Virus record (IMG/VR): IMGVR_UViG_3300031953_000026
Coordinates: 1 to 49,617 of that record
Length of the DNA stretch: 49,617 nucleotides
Strand: one strand, 5' to 3'
DNA from: a virus
Lineage: Duplodnaviria; Caudoviricetes
Positions within the stretch are counted from its first letter, which is position 1. Each line of letters opens with the position of its first letter. Below the pieces are notes generated by a model. That model ran no database searches. It was not told the DNA's origin and saw nothing but the letters and a program-made list of their open reading frames with translations. The position numbers were made by a program, and so were the translations under genes. Below are positions 19,006 to 27,610 of the stretch, piece after piece.

Positions 19006-19108
19006 AGGTGGTTTTCATGGGTTTAAAAAATAAATAAAACTATTCTTTGATTATGGTTACTTATTCATTAAATAGATGTATATTGCAGTATCTTAAAACA
19101 GAGAAACT

Positions 19109-19267
19109 ATGACAACTCAAAAAATAGAGCAACTAGGAAACGAATTTTTTATCACAACTTATTTCAGTGATGAATACACACCTTCAAGAACTTGGAGAAA
19201 AACATATAAAACTATAAAAGGGGCTGAAAAAGCATTAAACATACATTTAGAACTTAGAAATGCATAG
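19109..19267 (+). CDS. 52-aa hypothetical protein (KTYKTIKGAEK motif; not in ORF track)
   Basis: MTTQKIEQLG...ELRNA; lies downstream of a TATATTG promoter-like element at about 19079. Confidence 0.6.
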   Translation: MTTQKIEQLGNEFFITTYFSDEYTPSRTWRKTYKTIKGAEKALNIHLELRNA

Positions 19268-19439
19268 AGATATTACACTAATAACAAGGGATTTCAAAAC
19301 CGAGATCCTTTGTTATTACAAGGAAACAAACGGAGGTGTATATGATGTTTATGTAGCGTCTAAATGCATAGGTGTAAGTTTATCTTATAAAGAGTTAAAC
19401 ACCTTAAAACAAGTACTTAACTGCACGGAAAAACAATAA
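19260..19439 (+). CDS. 59-aa hypothetical protein (not in ORF track)
   Basis: MHRDITLITRDF...CTEKQ; overlaps the previous stop codon. Confidence 0.5.
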   Translation: MHRDITLITRDFKTEILCYYKETNGGVYDVYVASKCIGVSLSYKELNTLKQVLNCTEKQ

Positions 19440-19446
19440 TAAAAAC

Positions 19447-19473
19447 CAGTTGTAAAGTAATCCTTTACAACTG
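19447..19473. repeat. 11-5-11 palindrome copy 1 (putative recombinase site)
   Basis: CAGTTGTAAAG-TAATC-CTTTACAACTG, perfect arms. Confidence 0.85.
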
Positions 19474-19489
19474 AAATTAACCAAACAAA

Positions 19490-19744
19490 ATGAGAAGATT
19501 AGAAGATTTAGAGGAATTGAATAATTACGATATGCATCAGGTCACTATTGATTTGATACAAGATGCTCAAGAAGTCATTGACGAACCAAGGTCACCTGAA
19601 CATATAGGAGCGTTTGCTTATAAGATAAGTACATTTTTAGAGGTATTGAACCCCGTATTTGTTCACGATATAAAGGCAATGGATTTATTGTTTAATGTGT
19701 TAAATGAAGAACAAGAGAAACTTAATAATTCAGTTGTTAAGTAA
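19490..19744 (+). CDS. Acidic hypothetical protein bracketed by palindromic direct repeats
   Basis: 84-aa ORF; its stop codon lies inside the spacer of the second palindrome. Confidence 0.7.
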   Translation: MRRLEDLEELNNYDMHQVTIDLIQDAQEVIDEPRSPEHIGAFAYKISTFLEVLNPVFVHDIKAMDLLFNVLNEEQEKLNNSVVK

Positions 19745-19757
19745 TCCTTAATAACTG
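19731..19757. repeat. 11-5-11 palindrome copy 2
   Basis: CAGTTGTTAAG-TAATC-CTTAATAACTG; same spacer and orientation as copy 1. Confidence 0.85.
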
Positions 19758-19818
19758 AAACAGGTTTTTTAATGTTGAACAACACATTGAGAATAACAGT
19801 AAACAAATATTAATAATT

Positions 19819-19953
19819 ATGGTTTTAAAAATAGTAGATAGAAAATACTTAATAGGGGGTAAATGGTTTAGGTATCAACGAATGATAGGCGTAAAAGATT
19901 TAGGATTTAAAATTGCTATTGGAAGATATGAATTTAGATTCTATTCAGTTTAA
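19819..19953 (+). CDS. 44-aa hypothetical protein (not in ORF track)
   Basis: MVLKIVDRKYLIGGKWFRYQRMIGVKDLGFKIAIGRYEFRFYSV; ends just before the 48-bp repeat. Confidence 0.45.
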   Translation: MVLKIVDRKYLIGGKWFRYQRMIGVKDLGFKIAIGRYEFRFYSV

Positions 19954-19960
19954 TTGCTGC

Positions 19961-20008
19961 CAACGTACTGCTAAACACAACTGCAACTAAACACAATGGG
20001 TTTATATC
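19961..20008 (+). repeat. 48-bp dispersed repeat copy B
   Basis: 42/48 identical to 1767-1814. Confidence 0.9.
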
Positions 20009-20024
20009 ACTTATAACATATCAA

Positions 20025-20183
20025 ATGACCAAAGATAAAAGAGGCGGCAAACGTGCCGGAGCGGGTGCGAAGCCGATGTACAACGAACCAACGAAATCGG
20101 TGCATTTCAAAGTGCCTGAAAGCAAGGTGACAGAGGTAAAAAGTATGGTTAACAGGTTCTTGGCAGCCTTTAAAATTAGATAG
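20025..20183 (+). CDS. Small DNA-binding protein (RGGKRxGAG motif plus RHH-like strand-helix; not in ORF track)
   Basis: MTKDKRGGKRAGAGAKPMYNEPTKSVHFKVPESKVTEVKSMV... Confidence 0.7.
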   Translation: MTKDKRGGKRAGAGAKPMYNEPTKSVHFKVPESKVTEVKSMVNRFLAAFKIR

Positions 20184-20184
20184 G

Positions 20185-20436
20185 ATGATAACAGATGAAG
20201 AAATAATAGGATTGGGTTTTAGAAAAATAAAATCCTATAAGAAAAAGAAAGAAGGTATAAGTGCATTTATATGGGAGTTAGATGGATTTGAATTAACAAT
20301 AGAACAGAATTTAGGTGCGGATGATTCTGAAACTTTTAAACCTACATTAAGAGTAGGATGTCGCATATTTACATTTAATGAAATAGAAGAAATAGAAAAA
20401 TTACTAAAAGCCTTATGGATAACAAAGGAATATTAA
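20185..20436 (+). CDS. Hypothetical phage protein
   Basis: 83-aa ORF in a tightly packed operon. Confidence 0.65.
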   Translation: MITDEEIIGLGFRKIKSYKKKKEGISAFIWELDGFELTIEQNLGADDSETFKPTLRVGCRIFTFNEIEEIEKLLKALWITKEY

Positions 20437-20708
20437 AAATAAACGTTTTGTTTTACCACGGTACTAATTCAGAAAATATACAAGGAATCATAGAAAACGG
20501 ATTTTCAGAAGATTCTATAAGTTGTGCCACAATGGATAGGTATTATGCTACTGGATATGGTGATAGTTTAATCAAATTCAAATATCCTGTAAACATTACA
20601 TTTAATAATATATTTTATTTCATTAAAGAGTATTTTAATAAATCTCTTACTATTGGAGTATCAGGATTCAAACCTAATTATATTAATTTAATTCCGTATA
20701 TTAGATAG
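20415..20708 (+). CDS. Putative minimal ADP-ribosyltransferase-fold protein
   Basis: FYHGT...I..IIENGF, followed by an S/T strand and A.GYG; pattern of H-Y-type ART domains. Confidence 0.55.
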   Translation: MDNKGILKINVLFYHGTNSENIQGIIENGFSEDSISCATMDRYYATGYGDSLIKFKYPVNITFNNIFYFIKEYFNKSLTIGVSGFKPNYINLIPYIR

Positions 20709-20721
20709 CTTATACCAATCT

Positions 20722-21366
20722 ATGTACATCCTAAAATTCAAGGCAAACAAATCTAAATACTTTCCGGATGCGCTCGCATTTTCAAGGGAGTTGGGAGGTG
20801 CTTTGAACAACGGGATTGTAACGATTGAGATTGTTAATGTATTGGAAGCATACGCACAAATAAGGAGTTTATTCAGCTTTATTCAGCATTGGAAAGGTAC
20901 GACTGCCACCTTTAATGGCAAACCCGTACATCCTTACCAATTCCTTTTACACGCTCACTGGATAGGGGATTGTTACGATTTGAGAAAGATAGATAACAAC
21001 TGCGGGAACGGTTGGGAATGCATTAAAATAGATAACCTGTTATATTCTGTAAGTTCGCCTTATTTCAAAACCAAAACATACTGGTATCAATACGGGAATT
21101 GGAAAGGCTATAAATGGATGGTTGATAAAGATAAAATCTATAAGGTGTTGTTTGATTATGCCGATAACAAAGGGATCACTTCTTGCCCGTTTTTTGATGA
21201 AACAAAGCTGCGGTTGAACGTTCAAAACTTGCCGTCCTTTTTAATCCCTGATAATGTAACCTTTGAAATGGTATTCAGGGAAAAATGGGTTGACGGTCAA
21301 TTGTTAAGCGTTCCCGATAATATCAGGCATTTAAACGAATATAATAAAGTGGTTAGATTGGGGTAA
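20722..21366 (+). CDS. Hypothetical protein, Trp/Cys-rich
   Basis: 214-aa ORF; no motif recognised. Confidence 0.7.
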   Translation: MYILKFKANKSKYFPDALAFSRELGGALNNGIVTIEIVNVLEAYAQIRSLFSFIQHWKGTTATFNGKPVHPYQFLLHAHWIGDCYDLRKIDNNCGNGWECIKIDNLLYSVSSPYFKTKTYWYQYGNWKGYKWMVDKDKIYKVLFDYADNKGITSCPFFDETKLRLNVQNLPSFLIPDNVTFEMVFREKWVDGQLLSVPDNIRHLNEYNKVVRLG

Positions 21367-21424
21367 TTTCCCCCACATTTCAATATAGTTTATTTTGTTA
21401 TATTAGCATCTAAACTATACTATA

Positions 21425-21820
21425 ATGAAAAAACTATTTTTTATCCTGCCTTTTATGTTGTTTTCCTGCTCTAAAGATGAATTGACAAACGTCCCAGACC
21501 ACGACCTTATAACGGTCAACACAACTACTTTTGTATCTGAAAGATACGATATCAACGCACAAGATACGGATGCTTCAAGGGATGTTATCAGGTTTCGGAG
21601 TGGCAAAATAGAATACTTTACCTCAGATGATTACGGGAATATTCAAGGTGGCACACGATCTACAACCGGAGTTTATAAGCTGGATTACCCGCTCATATAC
21701 GATATCCTGGCAGTTCATATCTTTGATGAGGAAAGTATCACCATAACCAGGAACGGCACTGTAATATCATTCTATGCGGGTGGTAAGCTGTTTACGGATA
21801 GTTTAGAACGGTTTGATTAA
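21425..21820 (+). CDS. Lipoprotein (superinfection-exclusion candidate)
   Basis: MKKLFFILPFMLFSC lipobox followed by SKD; own promoter-like TATATTAG just upstream. Confidence 0.75.
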   Translation: MKKLFFILPFMLFSCSKDELTNVPDHDLITVNTTTFVSERYDINAQDTDASRDVIRFRSGKIEYFTSDDYGNIQGGTRSTTGVYKLDYPLIYDILAVHIFDEESITITRNGTVISFYAGGKLFTDSLERFD

Positions 21821-22098
21821 CCTCTCATTGCGCCCGATACGATAGAGTTAAAATCCATCGGTTGCTTTTTCTTGTCCTTCTCTTTTTGGTCCTTGCTCTT
21901 GTATTTAGGAATGGATGCATTCAACAACATTAAATTCTGAAAAGATAAGCCGCTTAACACGTACTCAAAGGAGTAATTGTAGTAATGGGATATAGACCCG
22001 ACTAACTGAAAAGGGTTGAGCCTTTTAGGGTCTTCTCCGGCATCTTCATCATCATCGGATTTATCTGGCTTGCAATCTGGAAAGAGGTCAAAAAAAAA
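21817..22098 (-). CDS. Tail assembly chaperone GT extension, reached by -1 frameshift
   Basis: T9 run (+ strand A 22090-22098). The -1 frame is open from there to TAA at 21817: ...LNPFQLVGSISHYYNYSFEYVLSGLSFQNLMLLNASIPKYK... Confidence 0.8.
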   Translation of the reverse strand, partial: FFFDLFPDCKPDKSDDDEDAGEDPKRLNPFQLVGSISHYYNYSFEYVLSGLSFQNLMLLNASIPKYKSKDQKEKDKKKQPMDFNSIVSGAMRG

Positions 22099-22478
22099 TC
22101 AGTCTGCATTTTTAGGGATGTTTCGTGGAAGATCCCGAAGATTTCTTTTGGGGTGCAGTTCTTTTTAAAAAATGGTTCGTACCACTCAGGGTAATCAGAT
22201 TTGGTACTGGAAATGATACATATCACTTTTACCATTACATCGATGTGATTTAAGGCTTCTGTAATAGCTAATTCCTTGGCTTCTAATACCTCTTTTGGCA
22301 ATCCTTGAAGATGGATGGCACAATGTGAAAGGGTTTCAAGTGTTGGGGGTTTTATGACAAAGTCAAGGCTCTTTTTATCCTTCATTTTCTCAGGTAACAT
22401 GTCGTTTTCTACCACGTCAATGGTATACCTGCTCGGCTTTTCAATAAGAGCAGTCAGTAACTTTGCTTTGTCGTTCAT
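22002..22478 (-). CDS. Tail assembly chaperone G
   Basis: Lies downstream of the tail tube gene; IKPPTL motif; slippery site near its end. Confidence 0.8.
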   Translation of the reverse strand: MNDKAKLLTALIEKPSRYTIDVVENDMLPEKMKDKKSLDFVIKPPTLETLSHCAIHLQGLPKEVLEAKELAITEALNHIDVMVKVICIISSTKSDYPEWYEPFFKKNCTPKEIFGIFHETSLKMQTDFFLTSFQIASQINPMMMKMPEKTLKGSTLFS

Positions 22479-22883
22479 TTAGTTGGGGTTTGTATTTAAT
22501 TCTTCACCTGTTAAGGCAAAATATAAGTTTTGGAGTTGGTGTACGTATTTTAATCTAAAGTGATCACCTTTGAATCTTACACCCGAAGCACAACCATCTT
22601 TGCTTTCAACTTTATTTAAATCATACCCAAAACGATAATCGCCTATTAGATCATATTTCCTTCTGTATTTTGAATCATAAGATAATTCAAAACCTAATAT
22701 TTCTAACCAATTTTCATTCAATAGAATTGGCTTAACTTCATTCCATTCTAAATAATCAAATGTTACCCATTCAACATAAGGATGCTCTGTATCAACGCCT
22801 GTTATTTCGTGGACACTTTCGCTTTCGTCTAAATAGATAGGCAGTTTAACTAAATTACCAATCCTCAATTCGTTTGCTTCCAT
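22479..22883 (-). CDS. Accessory protein, ELRIGN...YVHQLQNLYFALTG family (paralog 1)
   Basis: Termini match 35128-35526; inserted between tail tube and chaperone genes with its own promoter-like TATCTTTA. Confidence 0.8.
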   Translation of the reverse strand: MEANELRIGNLVKLPIYLDESESVHEITGVDTEHPYVEWVTFDYLEWNEVKPILLNENWLEILGFELSYDSKYRRKYDLIGDYRFGYDLNKVESKDGCASGVRFKGDHFRLKYVHQLQNLYFALTGEELNTNPN

Positions 22884-22941
22884 AAGATAACTTACTAACG
22901 GTTAGAGGTATAAAGATAGTTTATTTAAGGATATAAACCAC

Positions 22942-22970
22942 AAAAAACCCCGCCAATTAAAGCAGGGTTT
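22942..22970 (-). terminator. Rho-independent terminator after major tail gene
   Basis: Minus strand AAACCCTGC-loop-GCGGGGTTTTTT. Confidence 0.75.
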
Positions 22971-22992
22971 AGTGATAAAAAAGCAACAAATA

Positions 22993-23535
22993 TTATACAG
23001 TTGTTTCAGCACCTAAAATGTAAGGATTTCCCTTAACACCTGCGCCACTCTCGGGAGTGTTGGCCGTTACGGTAATCTCTACTGCGGGCAATCCGTTTTT
23101 GGTGATGTTACCCTGATCCCTTGCCGATACCTTACCATAAGGTATTTTAAGGACCATTTGTTTTCCTTCAATATCCTTACCCATCATTTTCATAGATAGG
23201 TAGATGTTAGGAATGGAACGGGGGGCCATCCATTTTCCCTCATCATCTCCGCCTGTCTCGGTATTGATTTCACCTCCCATAATAAGCACACGTTGTGCAG
23301 GAGTGATCCCGTAGGCACGTACTTTAATGGTAGTTGGTGAAGGGGAATCGGTCAGGGTGATATACGCATCATCCGCCTCTGTTGGGATATTCGTGTCATT
23401 TCCAGTAGACCCCTCTATGGTTACACTGTTTACCTCGATATCGGTAAATTCTGTTAAGGTTGCACCCATAACCCCGTCTCCAGGAGCGCCAAGGCCAAGG
23501 TATGCAACACCTAAAATGTTATCTGTTTTTGCCAT
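22993..23535 (-). CDS. Major tail tube protein
   Basis: 180 aa, beta-rich; follows the tail terminator gene and is followed by a terminator. Confidence 0.8.
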   Translation of the reverse strand: MAKTDNILGVAYLGLGAPGDGVMGATLTEFTDIEVNSVTIEGSTGNDTNIPTEADDAYITLTDSPSPTTIKVRAYGITPAQRVLIMGGEINTETGGDDEGKWMAPRSIPNIYLSMKMMGKDIEGKQMVLKIPYGKVSARDQGNITKNGLPAVEITVTANTPESGAGVKGNPYILGAETTV

Positions 23536-23541
23536 TGTAAT

Positions 23542-23940
23542 TTATTTAATTGATTGAAATGTTAAACGTAAATTGTAGTAACTCATCCCATCCCTGTCTT
23601 CATCCAAAAAGATCCCTTTGTCATCTTCTACCTGAAAGTAAAATGTGCCATCAGAAGTCCTTATATGGGAATCATCCAGTAAATCGGAAATAATAGGTAC
23701 TATTTGCTTGAATCGTGCTAAATTGAAACGGCCTGTCGATACCATAGGTACAAAAACATTCACATTACAATAACCACTTTGAACGTATAAATTAGGGTTT
23801 GTGAGCACATTGTTTGAAACGCATTCCCCTTGATAATCCAATGGAGGGTTGCCGATAAAGAGTTGTGGTATCTCATCGGTAACTACCCCTACATTTAAGA
23901 GGGTAAATAAGGCTTCTTGTATGCTAAGGCTTAATTGCAT
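23542..23940 (-). CDS. Tail terminator / tail completion protein
   Basis: Size, position, and NVNVFVP...YYNLRL pattern. Confidence 0.7.
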   Translation of the reverse strand: MQLSLSIQEALFTLLNVGVVTDEIPQLFIGNPPLDYQGECVSNNVLTNPNLYVQSGYCNVNVFVPMVSTGRFNLARFKQIVPIISDLLDDSHIRTSDGTFYFQVEDDKGIFLDEDRDGMSYYNLRLTFQSIK

Positions 23941-24352
23941 TTAATAAATCTCTTATTTGATTGTCTTCCGGTGCGCTTCCTGAAATAACGTCAAAACCTT
24001 TACTTTCAACCGCTGCGGCATAATTCATTCCTGCCACTCCGATTAAAACATAGCCTCTTGGATATTCCGTTGCAACCTCTGCGGCTGCTTCCTTTGCTTT
24101 TGACCTTCCTTCCTCTTTTCCTCCGTTAAAACTGGATTTAATAGGTTCTCCGTCCTTCAATATCACATACCCAATAGAACTCCTCAGGTTTCCGGTTCGG
24201 TCTTTATAGTTGCCCGTTGAACGTGCTTTATTTATAAATAACTCCCCTTCATATTGAAGTGCTTCCAGTGTTTTTTGCTCAATGGAATTCACTTTTTCCT
24301 TTAAAAAATCCTGAACCACATTCAGTTTGAACAATGGGTTTAATCCAGCCAT
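23924..24352 (-). CDS. HK97 gp10-like neck/tail completion protein
   Basis: DRTGNLRSSIGY and AGMNYAAAVE motifs; probable start MAGLNP at 24352. Confidence 0.85.
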   Translation of the reverse strand: MAGLNPLFKLNVVQDFLKEKVNSIEQKTLEALQYEGELFINKARSTGNYKDRTGNLRSSIGYVILKDGEPIKSSFNGGKEEGRSKAKEAAAEVATEYPRGYVLIGVAGMNYAAAVESKGFDVISGSAPEDNQIRDLLNAIKP

Positions 24353-24639
24353 ATCGCACAATGAGATTGATAATTCCATGCGCTTGATATACCGATTTCT
24401 CTGCCATCGATAACCATCTTTTGCCCGTTCAGCAAATGAGGCGTTTCCTTTAATTGGTCTAGTACAGGACAAAAGAACTTAGCAGAATAATTAAGGGTAT
24501 TTGAACCCCCTCCTATTCCGTTAGCTGGTTCGTACCTTCCTTTTTCAATGGTAAATTCAGTAGTTGAAATTACCGGGATAGGGTCATTGCTTTGGGTTGT
24601 CAACCGTATTACTGCGGTATGTGGATAGCGACTTATCAC
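24340..24639 (-). CDS. Head closure / stopper protein
   Basis: Position and size in the head-tail joining cluster. Confidence 0.6.
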   Translation of the reverse strand: MISRYPHTAVIRLTTQSNDPIPVISTTEFTIEKGRYEPANGIGGGSNTLNYSAKFFCPVLDQLKETPHLLNGQKMVIDGREIGISSAWNYQSHCAIWLD

Positions 24640-24935
24640 AGTTTTTGCCTTTGTATAAGAGGCTCCCCGTTGTCATAACGTGAATCCCCGTACCTCAGGT
24701 AAATCCTGTTAGCCGATTCTTTCAAAGAACGTACATCATACTTAATCGATAAAGAACCTTCCTTAAATTCCGGGATTATCAGCATCCGCATATAGAGATC
24801 AGCCTCAGCCAATTCTATCGCAGAATCACCACTATAAACAGCAAGAGGACTTACTCCCCTCGCTGTCATAACGGCATCTTTTAACCCCTGACTTAAATCA
24901 GGTACTAAATCATTTAAGAATTCAGCGTTGGTCAT
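24636..24935 (-). CDS. Head-tail adaptor protein
   Basis: EGSLSIKY...ANRIY..YG motif; immediately follows the MCP gene. Confidence 0.7.
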   Translation of the reverse strand: MTNAEFLNDLVPDLSQGLKDAVMTARGVSPLAVYSGDSAIELAEADLYMRMLIIPEFKEGSLSIKYDVRSLKESANRIYLRYGDSRYDNGEPLIQRQKL

Positions 24936-24939
24936 TTAC

Positions 24940-26010
24940 TTATATTTCTACAGTTGCAGTGTCCAAGAAATAGATGTGGTTCACGTTGTTAAGAACTGGC
25001 ATAACCAATCCTTGCGCCTCAGTGAATTCCCTCAATGGGTTTCCTTCACTCCATTTCGCAGCCATCAACCATTGTTCCGGGTATGCGTATGTTTTAGTTT
25101 TAACAGGTCTTGTTTTCTCAGCAAGATCGGCATATACCAAATCCCCGATTACCCCGGTAGTGGTCCAGAAAGAAATAGCACCGTCAACCCAACCTTTTAC
25201 AGTTGAAACAACTCCGTTTTTCTCTACCTCAAAAGTTCTGTTTACTACCTCGATAGCAAAACCAAACTCAGATTGGAACACTTCATTTATTTTCTCTTGA
25301 TTCAAGGAAACACCTGCATCAGCCGGGAAGTTGTTCAAACCTCTGTAAAGGGCTTTAATGCTATCGTTTTTCTTGAGGTTGTTCAAGGTTTGTCTATCCA
25401 TACGGGCAAGAACGATATTATCTCCATTGTCAATACCTGCCTGATAGATTTCTTCAAGTTTTCCGGCTGCATCCGCAGTTACGTCACTCCATACCTTCGC
25501 TGTACCGTAACGGTTCGCATCTGGAATACCGTAATCAACACGAATGGTACGACCTGTATTTTCATCTTCCGGCACTGCAACAACTCCATTAGAGGCTGCC
25601 TGGTGCAACATATATTCAACTTTTTCACGGGCTCCTATTACAGAAGCGTTGTAATCGTCAAATATTCTTGCAGCTAAAGTACTCTCAGCGGTTCCACGTG
25701 CAATTAAAATATCAATCTCAGAAAGATCAGATTCTTTTAAATACCGTTGCAAACCAATTTTAGGTATCTTACCATTGTAAGTCTCTAATTTTCCTCTTGA
25801 TTTAAGTGGAAGGTCGGAATCCATAGATACAATATCAGCAGTAACCCGGCTATTTTTACCAGATACAGAACTAAATTTATGATCTACAGACAATTGAAGT
25901 CTAAGCAATGAATTATATAAATAATTCTGCTCTACACTATTATCTTTTAACGTGGCATTGGCAGTGGATGTCCACCTTGTTACCAGTTCTTTAAATAAAC
26001 TTTCATCCAT
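24940..26010 (-). CDS. Major capsid protein (lambda E-like)
   Basis: ADIVSMDSDLPLKSR, GKIPKIG and VDYGIP motifs; 356 aa. Confidence 0.9.
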   Translation of the reverse strand: MDESLFKELVTRWTSTANATLKDNSVEQNYLYNSLLRLQLSVDHKFSSVSGKNSRVTADIVSMDSDLPLKSRGKLETYNGKIPKIGLQRYLKESDLSEIDILIARGTAESTLAARIFDDYNASVIGAREKVEYMLHQAASNGVVAVPEDENTGRTIRVDYGIPDANRYGTAKVWSDVTADAAGKLEEIYQAGIDNGDNIVLARMDRQTLNNLKKNDSIKALYRGLNNFPADAGVSLNQEKINEVFQSEFGFAIEVVNRTFEVEKNGVVSTVKGWVDGAISFWTTTGVIGDLVYADLAEKTRPVKTKTYAYPEQWLMAAKWSEGNPLREFTEAQGLVMPVLNNVNHIYFLDTATVEI

Positions 26011-26011
26011 C

Positions 26012-26404
26012 TTATTCAGTTATTGTATAAGCGATCCTATCTCCAAGCAGTGCTTTTGTAGCAGCTTTGATAGGGTACTTTAGTGGAACTTCATTTACTG
26101 TTCCGCGTGTCATAATAGCCGCGGATGGCTCACTTGCCAGGATAGATCCTGTAAGAACTCCAACAACTATATAGTCATCAGGAGTAGCAGTAGCGGGAAT
26201 ACTCCCATCTACAGGTTGTGGCACAAATTCTTTTGTGTCAGGGTTTTGAAAAACCACGTGTCCGGCCTGTATCACAGTGTCGGCAAACCCTGTTACATCA
26301 AGCGTACGCCCACCTCTAACGGTCTCTATTACCTTTTCGATAATTACCGTGTCCAGATTGGTTTCCGCAGTGATTACAGCGTTAACTAAATCTTCTCTTG
26401 CCAT
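26012..26404 (-). CDS. Head decoration protein
   Basis: GGRTLDVTGF...AG...GVL...RGTVN; lies directly upstream of the MCP gene. Confidence 0.75.
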   Translation of the reverse strand: MAREDLVNAVITAETNLDTVIIEKVIETVRGGRTLDVTGFADTVIQAGHVVFQNPDTKEFVPQPVDGSIPATATPDDYIVVGVLTGSILASEPSAAIMTRGTVNEVPLKYPIKAATKALLGDRIAYTITE

Positions 26405-26406
26405 TG

Positions 26407-27039
26407 TTAAACTTTTAATTTAAAGGCTTCGACTTCCTCTTTGGAAGGTTCGTTTTTTGTTCCGGGGTTGCGTGGTTGTGGTGGCCTGTTAGGGTCTCTT
26501 GGTGCTTTAAATGAGCCTCCATCGTCTTCAAATTGCTTTGATACGGATTCCATTTGCCCTTCCAAATCTTCTTCCAGGTTCAACAAATTCACATATACTC
26601 CCGGTATGCTTTTGGATTTCAAAAACTCCACGGCACTTGCTTTCTTTTGTGCAGCGGTCTGCACTAATTCAGCTTTTTCCTTTTCCTCTAATTTGGTCTT
26701 TAGTGCTTGAAATTCATCAAGCAAAGCTTTCATTGCGGGATCGGTTACGGTGTTTTTTTCTTCTTCCTTCTTTTGCTCCTTTTTCACAAAGTCGAATTCA
26801 GATTTAAGGTTTTCTTCACGTGTAGCAAGAGACTTTGCAATCTTCTTGTCAAACTCGCTGCGGATTTCCCTGATCTGTAAGGCTTCTTCTAAAGTAGCAG
26901 GTACTTTGAGGTCTTTTATACCCTCTATTTGTTCGGGTTCAATCCCGAATTTTTTAAGCTCCTCGGCTGTACCTGCGTCTTCCAGGGCCAGTTTAAGTTT
27001 CTTAATAAGTTCTTCCATTATAAAATGTTTTGGTTGCAT
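26407..27039 (-). CDS. Capsid scaffolding protein
   Basis: Charged coiled coil with a Pro-rich C-terminus; start may be 27021. Confidence 0.7.
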   Translation of the reverse strand: MQPKHFIMEELIKKLKLALEDAGTAEELKKFGIEPEQIEGIKDLKVPATLEEALQIREIRSEFDKKIAKSLATREENLKSEFDFVKKEQKKEEEKNTVTDPAMKALLDEFQALKTKLEEKEKAELVQTAAQKKASAVEFLKSKSIPGVYVNLLNLEEDLEGQMESVSKQFEDDGGSFKAPRDPNRPPQPRNPGTKNEPSKEEVEAFKLKV

Positions 27040-27099
27040 TCTGATAGGTCGTAAATATAAATGAAGCCCCTTATATAAGTAGGCTTATTTGGCTTGGGG

Positions 27100-27124
27100 A
27101 TGCGTAGTTACCACGAATTTGATG
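27100..27124 (-). promoter_or_regulatory. 25-bp motif upstream of scaffold/MCP operon (copy B)
   Basis: ATGCGTAGTTACCACGAATTTGATG. Confidence 0.65.
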
Positions 27125-27210
27125 TTATTTTGGGTTGTATAACGGTTTGGGGTGTGTAATTGGCTAAAATGTCGTATATTTACTTGTAGGAATTAAAAAA
27201 AAACAAGGTT

Positions 27211-27435
27211 ATGGAATGGATAAGTGTAAAAGATAGAAAACCACAAATTGGACAAAAGATATTAGTTGTTCAAAATCCTAAAACTACAGCCACAAAAGAA
27301 GCGTTATTTGCCGAGTGGGATGGGAATGATTTTAAACCACCTACTCCAACAATGCTTAATGGTGCATCAATAGATAGTAGATGGGTTGATATAATTTATT
27401 GGATGTCATTACCAGAACCACCTAACATTCAATAA
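27211..27435 (+). CDS. DUF551-like protein (moron)
   Basis: MEWISVKDRKP...YWMSLPEPP termini; TATATTTA promoter-like element at about 27175. Confidence 0.85.
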   Translation: MEWISVKDRKPQIGQKILVVQNPKTTATKEALFAEWDGNDFKPPTPTMLNGASIDSRWVDIIYWMSLPEPPNIQ

Positions 27436-27610
27436 ACCCCACCTTGTTATATTTAGTTAGTTCTTTCCTGACCGTTACCTCTGATACGGTAAAGGCTTCT
27501 GCTATCTCTATAATAGCACATTTCCAACTGATGCCACGGGATTTCTTGATTTCCAATAGCAAGGCCATGGTCTTTCTCCGCTTTAATAATAACGCTTTAT
27601 CCCTTTTCAT
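27422..27610 (-). CDS. Small HTH protein
   Basis: AIIEIAEAFTVSEVTVRKEL HTH pattern. Confidence 0.65.
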   Translation of the reverse strand: MKRDKALLLKRRKTMALLLEIKKSRGISWKCAIIEIAEAFTVSEVTVRKELTKYNKVGFIEC

